NCBI RefSeq assembly: GCF_000143415.4
Contig: NW_003314264.1
Span: forward strand, 1,504,733 to 1,568,732
Direction of reading: 5' to 3'
Length of the DNA stretch: 64,000 nt
Source of the DNA: Selaginella moellendorffii
Lineage: Eukaryota > Plantae > Lycopodiophyta
Of the stretch, positions 51,920-64,000 are shown one piece after another. Under the pieces are notes generated by a model. The model had not been told where the DNA came from. It saw nothing but the letters and a program-made list of their open reading frames with translations, and did not search any database. Each line of letters opens with the position of its first letter. The first letter of the stretch is position 1. The translations under genes and the position numbers were made by a program.

Positions 51920-54360
51920 ATGGGTCGAGGACTCCAGCGGAGCCGGTGGATGGGACTTTGCGTGGGAATGTGGATGCAAGCCTGCGGCGGGATCTCGTAC
52001 GCCTTCTCGCTCTACTCGGCGGATTTGAAGCAAGTCATGGGCTACAACCAGGAGCTCATCGACGCGCTGGGCACCGCCAAGGATATCGGAGGGAATGTAG
52101 GCATTGTTTCTGGGCTCTTGATCGACAGGACCTCCGCGTCTTTCGTGCTCCTCGTCGGTGGCTTGATGCACTTGAGTTTCTACTCGATGGTATGGAGATT
52201 TTCTTTTGTGTTCTTACGTGTTTGTCTCACGTGTTTTTTTGTTTTTTTGTTTTTTTTGTTTTTTGTTTTCTCTCCTGGTTGGAACTTGGATCTTCCAATC
52301 CAGCTCTACCTTGCCTCTACAAAGCAGATCTTTCCTACACACTGGCAGGTATGATTCCAAGCGAAAGTTTGGATGAATCTTTAAAGGATTTGCTTGGAAG
52401 TTCTTCTTTTGTCTGTTAGATGTGTGGGATTATCATGCTCGGCACTAACGGAGCAACATGGTTTAACACGGCTGTTCTCGTCACCTGGTAATGCTTTCTT
52501 TCTTCTTATGATTGAACATAGGGAGTGTGTTTCGCTAAAAACTTGGTGGCAGCATGAGAAACTTTCCCTCGGACAGAGGCGTGGTTGTAGGCCTTCTCAA
52601 AGGATTTATTGGCCTCAGTGGTGCCATCTTCACTCAGGTTTGAAGAGCATTCTCGTTCTCAGTCTTAAGTTTTTGTTTCGTTCTTCGTTTTTGCTAAAAC
52701 GCAGGTCTATACTGCGATTTATGCACCACACACTGGCCCGTTTCTTCTATTCTGTGCGACGTTCCCACCAATGGTAGCACTTGTTTCCATGCTTTATATT
52801 CGTCCTATCGATCCTCCAAGGAACAAGGACGAATCAGACGATCACAAGTTTACAATGCTGTACGTAAGTTTAGGCCAGTGGTAAGCTACCCTTTGTCTGG
52901 ATCGATTCTTAGGCTTTCTTGTTTATCCCAGATCACCGGTCTCGTATTGGCATTCTACCTTATGTGCATCATCTTGCTCCAGGTAACCTTCGTTACTTTC
53001 GAGTTAATGGACCTCTGTTTCTCTTCTTCCAGGATTTCTTTGCCGTGAGGAAAGCAGCCAGCCAGTTTTTCATGTTTATCATGCTTCTCATTCTTTTGGT
53101 TCCTGGTGCCATCTCTGTAAGCATACAGTGCTCCCCGCTTTGCTGTTTTCTAAGTTTTCTAGCCTCTGCGTTCTTCCAGCTTCATCCTGCGGATGGAAGA
53201 CAGAAGATCCATCCTGATACTGATAGTCTGTTCGTCAAGACACCGAAAATGCTGAAGAACTCGATAAGAAATCCGATAACTGTAGACGTTGGACACAGGA
53301 TAGCGGAGCTCCGGAATGATGGAGCTGTAAATAATGGCGGCTTGCCCGGCTCTCCTTCAAAGTCCAAACTCCGCCTTGGTAGCGATTATACCCTGACTCA
53401 AGCTGTGAGGACGGAGGACTTCTGGTACGTAATTCTCTCCTTCGTTTATCTTCGTTTATCTTCTCTATTCACGTAGTGTTTTTGAGCTCGTTTCTTTCGT
53501 AGGCTTTTGTTCTTTGCAATGGGATGTGGCACTGGCAGTGGTCTCACTGCAATAAACAACTTAGCGCAGGTGTGTATGAGCTATCTTCACACCCACAAAG
53601 TTTTGCTCGCAGAACACTACTAAAGCTTCCTGATACTTTCAGATGGCCGAGTCTCTGAATTCCAAGAGCATAGGAGCATTTGTTGCGCTGGTTAGCGTGT
53701 GGAACTTCCTCGGCAGGCTAGGATCGGGGTAATGCTTTTAGATTCCTTTGTCTCCTCTGATTGTTCTCCCGCAGTTATATTTCCGAGTTCTTCATGAAAC
53801 GGTCCGGAACTCCAAGGCCGGTTTTTCTTCTGATTGTTCAAGCGCTCATGGGATCTGCGCATTTGCTCTTTGCTTCCTCGGGTAAAAAGTTTCTTCTCGA
53901 TTCTCATTGTGATTCTCACGGGTTATGAAAACGCAGTTCCTTCGTTGCTCTACGGAGCATCGATACTCGTCGGGCTTGCTCACGGAGCTCACTGGACTCT
54001 GATGGTGGCAACATCCTCAGAGCTCTTTGGCCTCAAGAACTTTGGGGCTCTCTACAACACACTCAGGTACAAAAAGCTTCCTTTCGTTTCCTCTTTGTAA
54101 CAAAAACCAAGAGTTTCTCTCGCAGCATTTCTTCCACTATTGGATCCTACGTACTGTCTGTGAAGTTGGCTGGCTATTTGTATGACCAACAAGCTGCTGC
54201 TGCCAACGTGAGGAGGTGCAAGGGACCACAGTGCTTTAGGCTCACGTTTCTTATCATGGCCTTAGTCTGCTTGATCGGTTGCGTTGCTCTTGTCCGCCTT
54301 GTGTCCCGGACGAGGCTAGTCTACCGTGATATTCAGAGGCTCAAGGCAGCTAGCCGATGA
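51920..54360 (+). CDS. Nodulin-like MFS transporter (NFD4 family)
   Basis: SRWM...WMQACGGISYAFSLYS, AKDIGGNVG, WFNTAVLVT, GLLKGFIGLSGAIF, INNLAQ, ELFGLKNFGALYN, CKGPQCFRLTF. Confidence 0.93.
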
Positions 54361-54499
54361 TCAGAGCTTGGCTGGAATTCAGAACTGCGGCATACATTCT
54401 TCCAAATGCAAGATGTCTAAAGCCTGGCGTATGAAAACATACCTGGGTTCTAATTCTTCCTAGGAGGACCGTGTACTGCGAAAGGCCATCGGGTCACTA

Positions 54500-57275
54500 A
54501 TTTTTCCCAGTAAGACTCTTGTTTTTTACATGAAAAAATATGTACTGGAATGGAAACTATATTTTTGGGCATGGTACCAAGTAAGTTTTGGGAGAATAAC
54601 CAGAGTGAACAAGCTGGTCAGGGTTTCTAATGAGGGTCTACTCAATTGATTTAGATGCTGTAGTTCAAGATATTGAGTTTTTGAACATTTTTGTGGATTT
54701 CGAATTGCTAGTAGAGTAGTAGATGTAGTTTAAAATTAATTGGAAGTTCTTAGTTCAAAAAAAATAAATGTTAAATTATATTTATAAGGTTTATATATAT
54801 TACCATGCTTATAGTAATACCATTTATTTGGGACGAATCCATTTTTGAATATATATAAGTAGGGGTTTAAACTCCAATTAATATATTTATTCTTATATCT
54901 CAAGCATTTACTATTGCAAATTGTGCTTGCAAGATAAAGTTTTTGGCAATGTTTTGCTTAATATTTGGGATTGTGCTTTTTTTTCTTCTCTAGATATAGT
55001 TTTTTACAAGATTTAGGATTGTAATTATTATATATGTTTTTTTTGTCTACTATACGATGTTGTTAATTGAAGTGTGTATCATTAAAGGCTATGGTTGATG
55101 TCTCATAGTTGTCATTTAATTCTATTGTTATGTCTTTTTGAGATAAGAGTTTTTGGTATTGTGAGGCATGATTATGTTAGTATTGCTCTTTAGTGTTTTG
55201 CCATTTTGAACTTTTGTAGGATGTAACTATATAATTTTTTATATTTTCGGTGTCTTGCATCTCCTATTGAAGTGGAGTGTGATTGTGATATTAATTAGAG
55301 AGTTGTGGATAATGTAATTTGGTTTTTAGAGGATGTTCAAGGATCAAGTTTATGGAAAGATGATGCTTACAAGCTCGAATGAATTCTTGTTGACAAAGAA
55401 TTTGATTACTTTAAAAAACACTTTAGAAACAAGTTAGAAAATTCAATCAATATTTTATTTTGCCATATAGTCCTTTGTCTTTACCTTTTGCTTTTTTCCT
55501 AACCATTTTATATTTTTTAATCTGATTTTTTTTATTAGGTTCCTAGCATATTAATAATTTTATGATTCTTGTTTCTAGTTTAACATTGAGTTGTATCCTT
55601 TTTAAAATGATTTGGATCTTGAGAGTGTATATGTAACTAAGAATAATATTTTTATTTTGTTGGTGAAATTTTTGATTATATTTTATATTGAGTATCCAAG
55701 AGTTCAATCACTTTTGCCAAAATTTTGGGTTATATATGTTTTCTCAATGTAAGAGTTATTGAGATTTTTTATTTTACAATTGCTATTATAGAGTTTTTCT
55801 ATTCCCTTGAGAGTGTATTAATTTTCTCATCACAAATGTTGAGTTGTGTGTTAAGGAACTTAAATGATGTGAGCGTTTTATTTATCTTGTGGTGGCCAAA
55901 GTATTTTATAACAAAATATCCCTTATTATCCAACTTTTCTACTTAAACAAAATCTTTATAACACAAGATCTCTTGTTATTCAAACTTTAAGCATATTTCC
56001 TTCTTTTTATTTCCCCATTTCTACTTAGATAACTATTGAAAATTTCTTTTTTAATGCTTTTTTATTCCTATTTTTTTCTTCCATGATGTAATTTTTACTT
56101 TATCCTCTTTTCTTTGACACTTTAAACTTTTTTTTTCTTTGGAAGAGGGGGTAGAGGGGACGAACAACAATTTGCACTTGATAATAGAGTGAGAACAAGT
56201 GGATATAATAGCGAAATGGAGATCAATGACATGGATTATGGAGTGAAACTAAACATAGTGAGTCTAGATGAAATTTCTATGTAAACAATTAAATTTTCCA
56301 TTTTATTTTGGTCCTTTAATCACACTTTTGACCACTTGAGAAGTCTCACTCACAACTTTCATAGGTTCTCATCTTAATATAAGATACTTGCTAAAATTAC
56401 TAAAAGAGGTATCAAAGCCATATCAACTTTGCATTTAGTCTAAATGTTTTATGTGTCTATATCCCACTTCAAACACCCTAAAGGTACCATTAATGTACCA
56501 ACCTATTACATTAAAACCACATGATGTCCATTCTTATTATCTCATTAGTAATCTAAAACCACCTATACCATATATCTATCTTTCTAAGATTGGACTATTA
56601 ATTCCATGTTTATGACTACTTTTTAAGAACACAGCCACCTCCACTATCCCTTCTTTGATCCCCACAAGTACTTGCCATCATTGCTATTTGGTTAAGGCCT
56701 ATATGCCCATCCACCAAGTCTTACTGACTTTTGGGACTTTTTCACTATGTAACCATATATTTAGTTACAAAACAAAAGGACCATTCCCTTTCTTTCCATA
56801 ATCAAGGACTTCAAGACAATATTTCAAAATATTACAACTTAATACAAGTTTTGTACGTACTCCCACCACCTTTAACCACTAAATTGCTCTAGCCACATGA
56901 CTAGAAAAGGTTTTAATGAGCCATACAAAGTATCCAAATAGGTAGTGTTACTTATACTTAAATTAGACTATAACTTTAGATTCCCCAATGTTCATATCAT
57001 CACCCATTATAAGGGTATAATTTTTCTTGATCACACTAGTTCTTTTAAAACATTCCCTCTATTATGCTTATTAAACCCCCTAGGGTTTGGAAGACAATTC
57101 CCTACCTTTGGATATATTTAGCCCTAGATATGTCTGACCTTAGATATGTCTGACATTTTAGACACTTGGTTTCTCGGTGGCGTAAAATAATTCTAACATT
57201 GTTCCATTTTAAGTAACACTTTTATGAGTCACAACACTTACAACATGTTGGTCATTCTTTTGGATAAAAAGGACA
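54500..57275. mobile_element. AT-rich, CpG-depleted decayed repeat; probable LTR-retrotransposon remnant
   Basis: Abrupt GC drop; purine tract 56141-56160; PBS-like GGTATCAAAGC at ~56408 (cf. tRNA-Met PBS TGGTATCAGAGC); no intact ORFs. Confidence 0.45.
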
Positions 57276-57375
57276 NNNNNNNNNNNNNNNNNNNNNNNNN
57301 NNNNNNNNNNNNNNNNNNNNNNNNNNNNNNNNNNNNNNNNNNNNNNNNNNNNNNNNNNNNNNNNNNNNNNNNNNN
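57276..57375. other. Assembly gap (100 N)
   Basis: Run of N. Confidence 1.
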
Positions 57376-58219
57376 CACGGCGCACAGCTGGATTATCAAT
57401 AGTGGGCGTTAACCAAATCCAAGTTAATACTTTTCTCAATGGTGGCTAATGAGTAAATTAGAGACAAAATATATTATTTACTACAATGATGTATTGTGGA
57501 TTAGTGGCTCCCGAAGTCCCTTGGTTTGGTTCAAAATTATCACTTTAAGGTTAGTTCAAGCATTTGACAATTGCATACAAAGTTGTAGCTAGTTATCAAG
57601 ATTTTATAGTTAATTAATACTTATGCCATGGTTTTGGGCATTTCTTATATCATGGTTATCAACAACTATATTGGTAGTTCTGTGAGAACTTTAAGTTCTT
57701 GTTCCAATTAATAATTGCCCAAAAGAAGCTCTAAATGTTCCACCTAACTTATTATCATCACCATTTCATTTTTTATGGTGTAAGATCTAAAAATATATGT
57801 ACATATATGCATGTATTATTTTGTTTGAGTAATATGTTAATTATAGTAGTATCACATATAGACCATCCAGTTGATATTGAACCTGATCCATCCATCACTG
57901 CATATAAGCAAGGTTATATACCTATTCCAAATCACTCATATATTTAATTTATATTTATTTTTAATTGTACCTGTATAAAACACTAATAATAATAATCTAT
58001 AAATTAATAACCACTAAATTATATAGATATGAATTTGTAGAATTATTCTCTTCTCTAATAAGCTATAATTTAACTTAGATGGACTAGAATTGTTTAGAGC
58101 CATAGGTTTTATAAAATGGATTTAACCCTTATATTTTGAATATTGTTATGTACAGTATATATTATTTTAGTTAAGTACTATTTATTTCCTATAATTTATA
58201 ATTACTTAATATCTATATT

Positions 58220-59166
58220 ATGTGGAATTTAGTAGCAACAGTTTTAACATCCTTAATATCTATTTGCCAATATCAACTTCAAATTAGTATAGCAATATTG
58301 CCACTTCATTTTTCAAATGCACATATAGATATAATAATTGCATCAATGAGATATTTACCCACTATGGCAGGTATTCATAATGAAAGTAGATATGAACTTG
58401 GCATTGCATGGGGGTATCCTACTAGAGTTCCTTTGACTTACATGAGGTTTAAAACCTTTGCACAAAGTGAAAGAATATCTGCACAATGTAGTGTAGAATC
58501 TCCTAAGGGAGAAAGAATATTTGTTACTGGTAGATTACTATTAGAAGCATATAAAGAAATGGTTGATTTGGTTGAATTTGCTGCACAAGCTAGAGCTTAT
58601 GGACACATTCAAGTTATTATGCCATATTTTCTTGTAGATTATTTCACAGTTTCAAATCCAACAAGAAATCATAATCAACCACCACAACCAAAATTACCTC
58701 CACTTCTCTCAAATGGAATGTGTTACAAAAGTTAGGAATAGAAAGGAAAGAAATTAGTAATATTCATTCTGATTTTGTAAAATGTTGGCCTTATAATTAT
58801 ATATTAGAAGCTGGAAATTTAAAGATGATAGGATCTTATATAACCTCAACGAATAGTATTGTTTCAGAAAATTATAAATATAAGCTTACATTATATGAGA
58901 ATTGCAATCTTGTGATTCATGATATTAAGAAAAGTTTTAACAATTGGTCAACAAAAACTGAAAATAAAGATAAAAATTGTTATTTACAAGTATTAATCAC
59001 TGGTAAAGTTGGGATATGGGGTGATAATGGTGTAGTTTGGCTAGTAAAACTAGACTGCAAGAAATTATATTGTATTATGCTTGGTCTTGTTTTATATGTG
59101 GCTAATTCAGGTATACTTATGTTAAAAAATACAACTACTGGAAAAGTATTTTCAATCTCAAATTAA
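58220..59166 (+). CDS. Unknown N-terminal domain + Pro-rich linker + bulb-type (GNA-like) lectin domain; predicted intron 58731-58807
   Basis: Two ORFs joined in frame by GTTAGG...ATTAG; C-half SIVSENYKYKLTLYENCNLVIHD..WSTKT..NCYLQV..GKVGIW..VVW fits B-lectin fold. Confidence 0.6.
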
Positions 59167-59469
59167 ATGGTAAATAAAACTACTCATAATCTCTTTTACC
59201 ATATAAAATCTTAAGATTGAAAAAAACCTTTAGATACAAGTTAAGCCATGCACCTTTACATATGTCTTACTTGATTTTTATTGAGATAAATCATGGTTTA
59301 GAATGGCTATTAATAAGTCAATATAAATTTTTGGTTTTAATTTTTCTCTTTAGATTTTTGATATAGCATAATTAAGGCCAAACAATGGCAACTAAACTTG
59401 AGGATAATGATAGTTTACAATAAATATCTATTATATTTTTTCTTTTGTGAGGTCTAAATGTATAGCTAT

Positions 59470-60175
59470 GATGCCATATACTAATATTAGCATAGTAAAA
59501 TTTTGATAGCCATTAAATTAATTTCAATCCAGACCACTCATTCTTATATATAAGCTATGGTTTGGGCTAATTGATATACACATTTCTATATTCCATTTCC
59601 ATATTCTATACATTCACATTGGTGGAGGTGAGAAGAAATTTTGATTATCTCTAAAAAGTGCTTGGATTTGAGCTTTCTATCTAGCTTTAATATCATTTAA
59701 ATTTCACTTTCTTCATAGTTTTTCAATTTCTTTTATTTTTTTTTTCTCCTTCTTGTTCATCTTCATGGCGGAGCAGCAACCTCCTCCTCTTTTGACTCTA
59801 GAGGAGTTATTGGTGCAATTATTCAATGTTATGTGATTACGGTTAAACAATTAAACTCAATTGATGGCAACATTCATAACATATAGTACAACTTCTTTTT
59901 CTTTTATTGCCAATCTTCACCTTTAGCTAGAGTTCTTTTGTGAAATTTTAAAGATGATATGTACCATTGGTTCAATCACTTTATGGTGATTGCCACTTAT
60001 CATTTTTGAGATGATGCTTGGCATTTGCATGAGTTTCCCATATATCTCTAAGGGATGATGTTATAATGGTACAATGGTTTGAGCATAGCCACTTATATGG
60101 ATTAGAATATTCTCTTGGAGGTCTTTAAATGTGCATTTAGACATGCTAGTGATTGTGATGAAGCATTCAAACTTG
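59470..60175 (+). mobile_element. Truncated retroelement copy (leader plus 5' gag), inverted relative to the downstream element
   Basis: Reverse-complement homology to 62570-63280; MAEQQPPPLLTLEELL and decayed gag-like WFNHF...WYNGL. Confidence 0.7.
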
Positions 60176-60299
60176 TGCAGATTGGAATATTCTTCTAAAT
60201 ATCTTTAAGCACGCATTTAAACATACTAATTATTCGAGCAATATGACCAACCAAGTTTCTCCACTTCAATAACAAAGTAATTGCAACATGATCACCTTT

Positions 60300-63280
60300 T
60301 GAGAACCATGTAGATAAACATAAAGTTTCTTAAAACCTTAAATTGCTATTAAACACTATTTTATTGTAGAGTAGTTCACCTTCACTGGTTGTAGCTAATG
60401 GATGCAATAGGATGGTGCTGACTAAACACATTTGGGCTTTTTTGCATCAACACACTTCCAAAATCAATATCTAAAGTATCCATGCACAAAATTAAAGATT
60501 GAGTGTAGTTAGAATAGGCCAAAACTAAAGGAGTCATTAACAGCACTTTGAGATCTATTGGGATCATATGAAAGAAAATATTAACAACTTCAATAATACT
60601 TGCAATGATGCAATACAATCAAAAAAATGATCAATAAAATGGCCAAGATAGTACATCTTTCCTAAGAATCGTTGCACATCATTCATATACTTTAGAGTAA
60701 GGAACTTAAGAATAACCACAAATTTATCAAGATCAACTCATAAACCTTCACGAGAAATACAGTATCCATGATAAGTGGTGTCTTTGGACCTAAATACGTA
60801 CTTTAACTATTTCAGCTTTAAATCAATTTTTTGCAATCAATCCAACACCTTATAAACATTATACATATATTCCTCCCATGTCCTCTCTAAGTGAATCAAA
60901 ACATCATCAATGAAGTTAGTAATCACATTCAACATATCGCAAAGAACCTCATCCATCATCCACTTAGAAGTTTCTAGAACATTGTTTAAACCAAACGATA
61001 TCACTAAGAACTCATATGAATCAAATAGTGTATAAAATACAGGCTTAAGAATATCTTTATTGGCTATCAGAACTTGCCAGTACCCAAAAACAAGATCTAA
61101 CTTAGTGAACTTACAACTTACTCCCAGACTATCTAAGAGATCAATAGTGTTAGGGAGAGGGTGCATATTTGGAATTGTCACTTTATTTAACAAATGATAG
61201 TCAATGCAAAAACAAATACTCTTATAAGGCTTTGTCACAAGATGAGGTTCACATGCCTAAGGACTCTACAACTTTCAAATAACACCCTTTTCTAACATCT
61301 CCTTGATATTTGAACGTAAAATCTTGATTTCTTTTAGTCTTGATTAAACAAGCATCCCTAATTAGAATAGGATAACGTATTGCAATATTAACCCCAGACA
61401 ATAGATCAAATTCAAAGAGATCAACATATGTTGATCCACTACTACAACACAAAGACCGTTAGAAGGATTAAAAGAGGGAATAGAGGAATAAGACAAAAAC
61501 ATAAAAAGGAATAATGGGGAGACAAAAGTAATGGAAGTAAAAGCAAAAATAAAGGGATGTAAAAGAACAAAAGTGAGAAAAATGGAAGAAATATAAAAAA
61601 GTATGAGACAAGGGGGAGAAGCCTCAAAGTCACACTTCACATGATTGCGCCACAATCAATCTATACTAAGGATGAGGTCAAAATTATGACTCAGCACCAT
61701 TTGCAACAATTATAACTCAAGCCTAAGATTGCCTACACACACAACTAGATTTGCCTCATCCTGTGTATGCAAATATACATAACAATGTGTGGCAACAGGC
61801 CAAACAATAGAAGATAAACTCGAGCTTATATTAATGAACATGAAGAGAATAATAGGAGACCTCTTGTTATAAATGGAAAGTAAACACTAGATGAACTAAT
61901 GCCAAGTGAACCCCTTGATGATATTTCTTTAAAAAAAATAAAGGAGTCACTAATTTATTCATGTAAAGTCTTTCCACTACTTGCTTGACTTTTCGTTTTC
62001 TGGAATCATCTTCGTGTCCAAGCCTTCCACTACAATAGCACTATCAAGACACTGTTGATGCCAAGGTCTTCACCTAGGAAATAGAGGTCACTAATCTAGA
62101 AAATGTTGAAAACACCAATAAGTGTGAGTAATTTCATCACATGCTCAGTAGCGGACATCACGACCATAACCACGTCCTCACCTTTATCCTTGAACTTGGG
62201 TAGTAATAGCATCAACCTCCATTGGAACAAAACTATCTCCTATAGGAAGTAGAGTTGAAGAACATGTAACGAGAAGTAGAAGAGGCAATGTCGCATAACA
62301 TTGTGCCAAGTGAAGACCATCATCAAGGATGTTTTCAAATACACATTTGGACATGTTAATGATTATGATGATGTTTTTCAACAATTTCATCATCTTTGTC
62401 AAGGCTAGAGCAAGTGCATATATAAGTCTTATAAGATCTTGATGAAGTGTTGGCTACAACATTCCCAACTTGATCTATTCCAATATATTTAGCTCTGCAT
62501 GAAGCAAGAGGCTTCGGAAATGAATACTAAATTGCATCATAGATTTAGATAGCCCTTGACAAAGATGATGAAATTGTTGAAAAGCATCATCATAATCATT
62601 GACGTGTCCAAATGTGTGTTTGAAAACGTCATGGAGAATGCCCTAATCCTCATAAATGGCTGTAGTCAAACCATTGTACCATTGCAACACTATCCCTTGG
62701 AAATATGTGGGAAACTCACATAAGTGCCAAACATTATCCCAAGAATGATATGTGGCAATCATCGTAAAGTGATGAAATCAATAATATACACCATCTCTAA
62801 GAATCCCATAGAAGAACTTCAACCGGATGTGAGGATTGGTAGCAAAAGCAAGAGTGTGTCATGCGTGTGCCGTGAGTGTCACCATCAACTGAGTTTGATT
62901 GTTCAACTATAACAACATGGCATCGAGCAAATGCACCAACTATTGCTCTAGAGTCCAAGGAAGAGGCTATTGCTCTACCATGAAGATGAATGAAAAAAAA
63001 AAAGCAAAAGAGAAGAAATTGAAAAATTTATAAAGAAAGGGAGATTTAGACAATGCAAAAGTTAGATTTAAACCAAAATCCCAAATCCAAACACTCTTTA
63101 GGGACAATCAAAATTGCCCCTCACCTCCACCAATATGAGTGCATGGAATATGGAAATATAATATAAAAATATGTATATTAATTAACCCAAAAATTATAGT
63201 TTATATATAGAAGTGAGTGGTTCAGATTGAAACCAATTGGATAGCTATTAAAATCCCACTACGCTAATATTAATATACAA
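60300..63280 (-). mobile_element. Decayed Ty3/gypsy retrotransposon (gag, RT, RNase H remnants)
   Basis: RT: FCIDYHLLNKVT..HPLP..LLD..FTKLDL..GYWQV..YEFLVISFGLNN..FIDDVLI (60837-61238); RT/RNaseH connection LKVLLMTPLVLAY..ILCMD...GSVLMQ..HPIA (60382-60618). Confidence 0.88.
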
Positions 63281-64000
63281 CATCGTAGCTGTACACTTGA
63301 ACCTCACAACATCTATTTATGAATGATCTCCTTACATCTTTTGCATGGTATGACTTCAATCTTACAGTTATGAAAAATATGCATTTCTTCTTTGTATACA
63401 TATGCCATACATTGCAAGTCAAACAAAATATTGTCATTGATAAAATTTTATACATCATTTCAAGAAAAATACATTAGAATGACTTCACCCTCAAGGACCA
63501 CCTTCATCTTAAAAGTAAGTTTTGTTAGAACATTAACATTTAATATATAGTTATGATCTTAGAATACATCATTTCAAGATAAATAAAAATGTCATGTGGC
63601 CACATGCTCTCACTCCTCACTATTATCAATTTCTTGTTCATCTTAAAAATGAGATTTATTAAGAACAACCAATTATTTATACTTGCTATTTTGAAAATTC
63701 ACCTTGAAAATGAGATAACCTTGGAGGATCTTGTTGCATCTTTTCTTTCTCATCCAACAATGCAAATGGTGGCTCACACAATCATCAGGAGATTGTTATT
63801 ATTCACCTTGAAAATGAGATTTATCAGAACACCCATATTTATACTTGGTATTTATATTCTCATCTTAAATTATATTATATTCTTTTGATAAACTATATTC
63901 TCATGTCAGACATATACTATGAATAGTATATATCTTGCAAAATTAAAAATACACTTCAAAACTAACTATAGTTTATATTAGATAAAAGTATAAAATATTA

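Noticed and set aside
63430-63900. Degenerate AT-rich repeats and a 99-aa ORF
   Set aside because: Low-complexity decayed repeat, not credible coding sequence

Overview
Eukaryotic plant genomic DNA, very gene-dense with short (about 50-100 nt) GT-AG introns, telobox (AAACCCTA/TAGGGTT) promoters and PLS-type PPR genes. This style strongly suggests a lycophyte such as Selaginella (inference). Bases 1-54400 hold about 25 protein genes: an unknown gene cut by the window edge, GCS1 glucosidase I, a truncated SnRK1-like kinase, a sHSP, PLD-alpha, DEK, two SAURs, two PLS-E PPRs, TrmO/TsaA, a SET/LSMT-like gene, RPS2, CYP18-1, ADE2, an ACD protein, an LRR-RLP, TMEM53, KCS, NAD kinase, GIF, a dirigent-like gene, PTH2, beta-tubulin and a nodulin-like MFS. 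There are also two U4 snRNA copies and a patchwork of duplicated gene fragments at about 32-35 kb. Bases 54400-64000 are AT-rich decayed retrotransposon sequence with a 100-N gap and an isolated AT-rich gene joining an unrecognised domain to a bulb-type lectin. Top leads: (1) a kinase-less receptor with a BRI1/BRL2-type island-domain ectodomain; (2) an operon-like ATGA stop/start overlap between two SAM-dependent methyltransferase genes; (3) an ADE2 with a second, catalytically degenerate PurE domain; (4) the unknown-domain plus B-lectin gene; (5) an sHSP preceded by a spliced 94-codon upstream ORF. All gene models were spliced by eye and family calls come from remembered motifs, not database searches.
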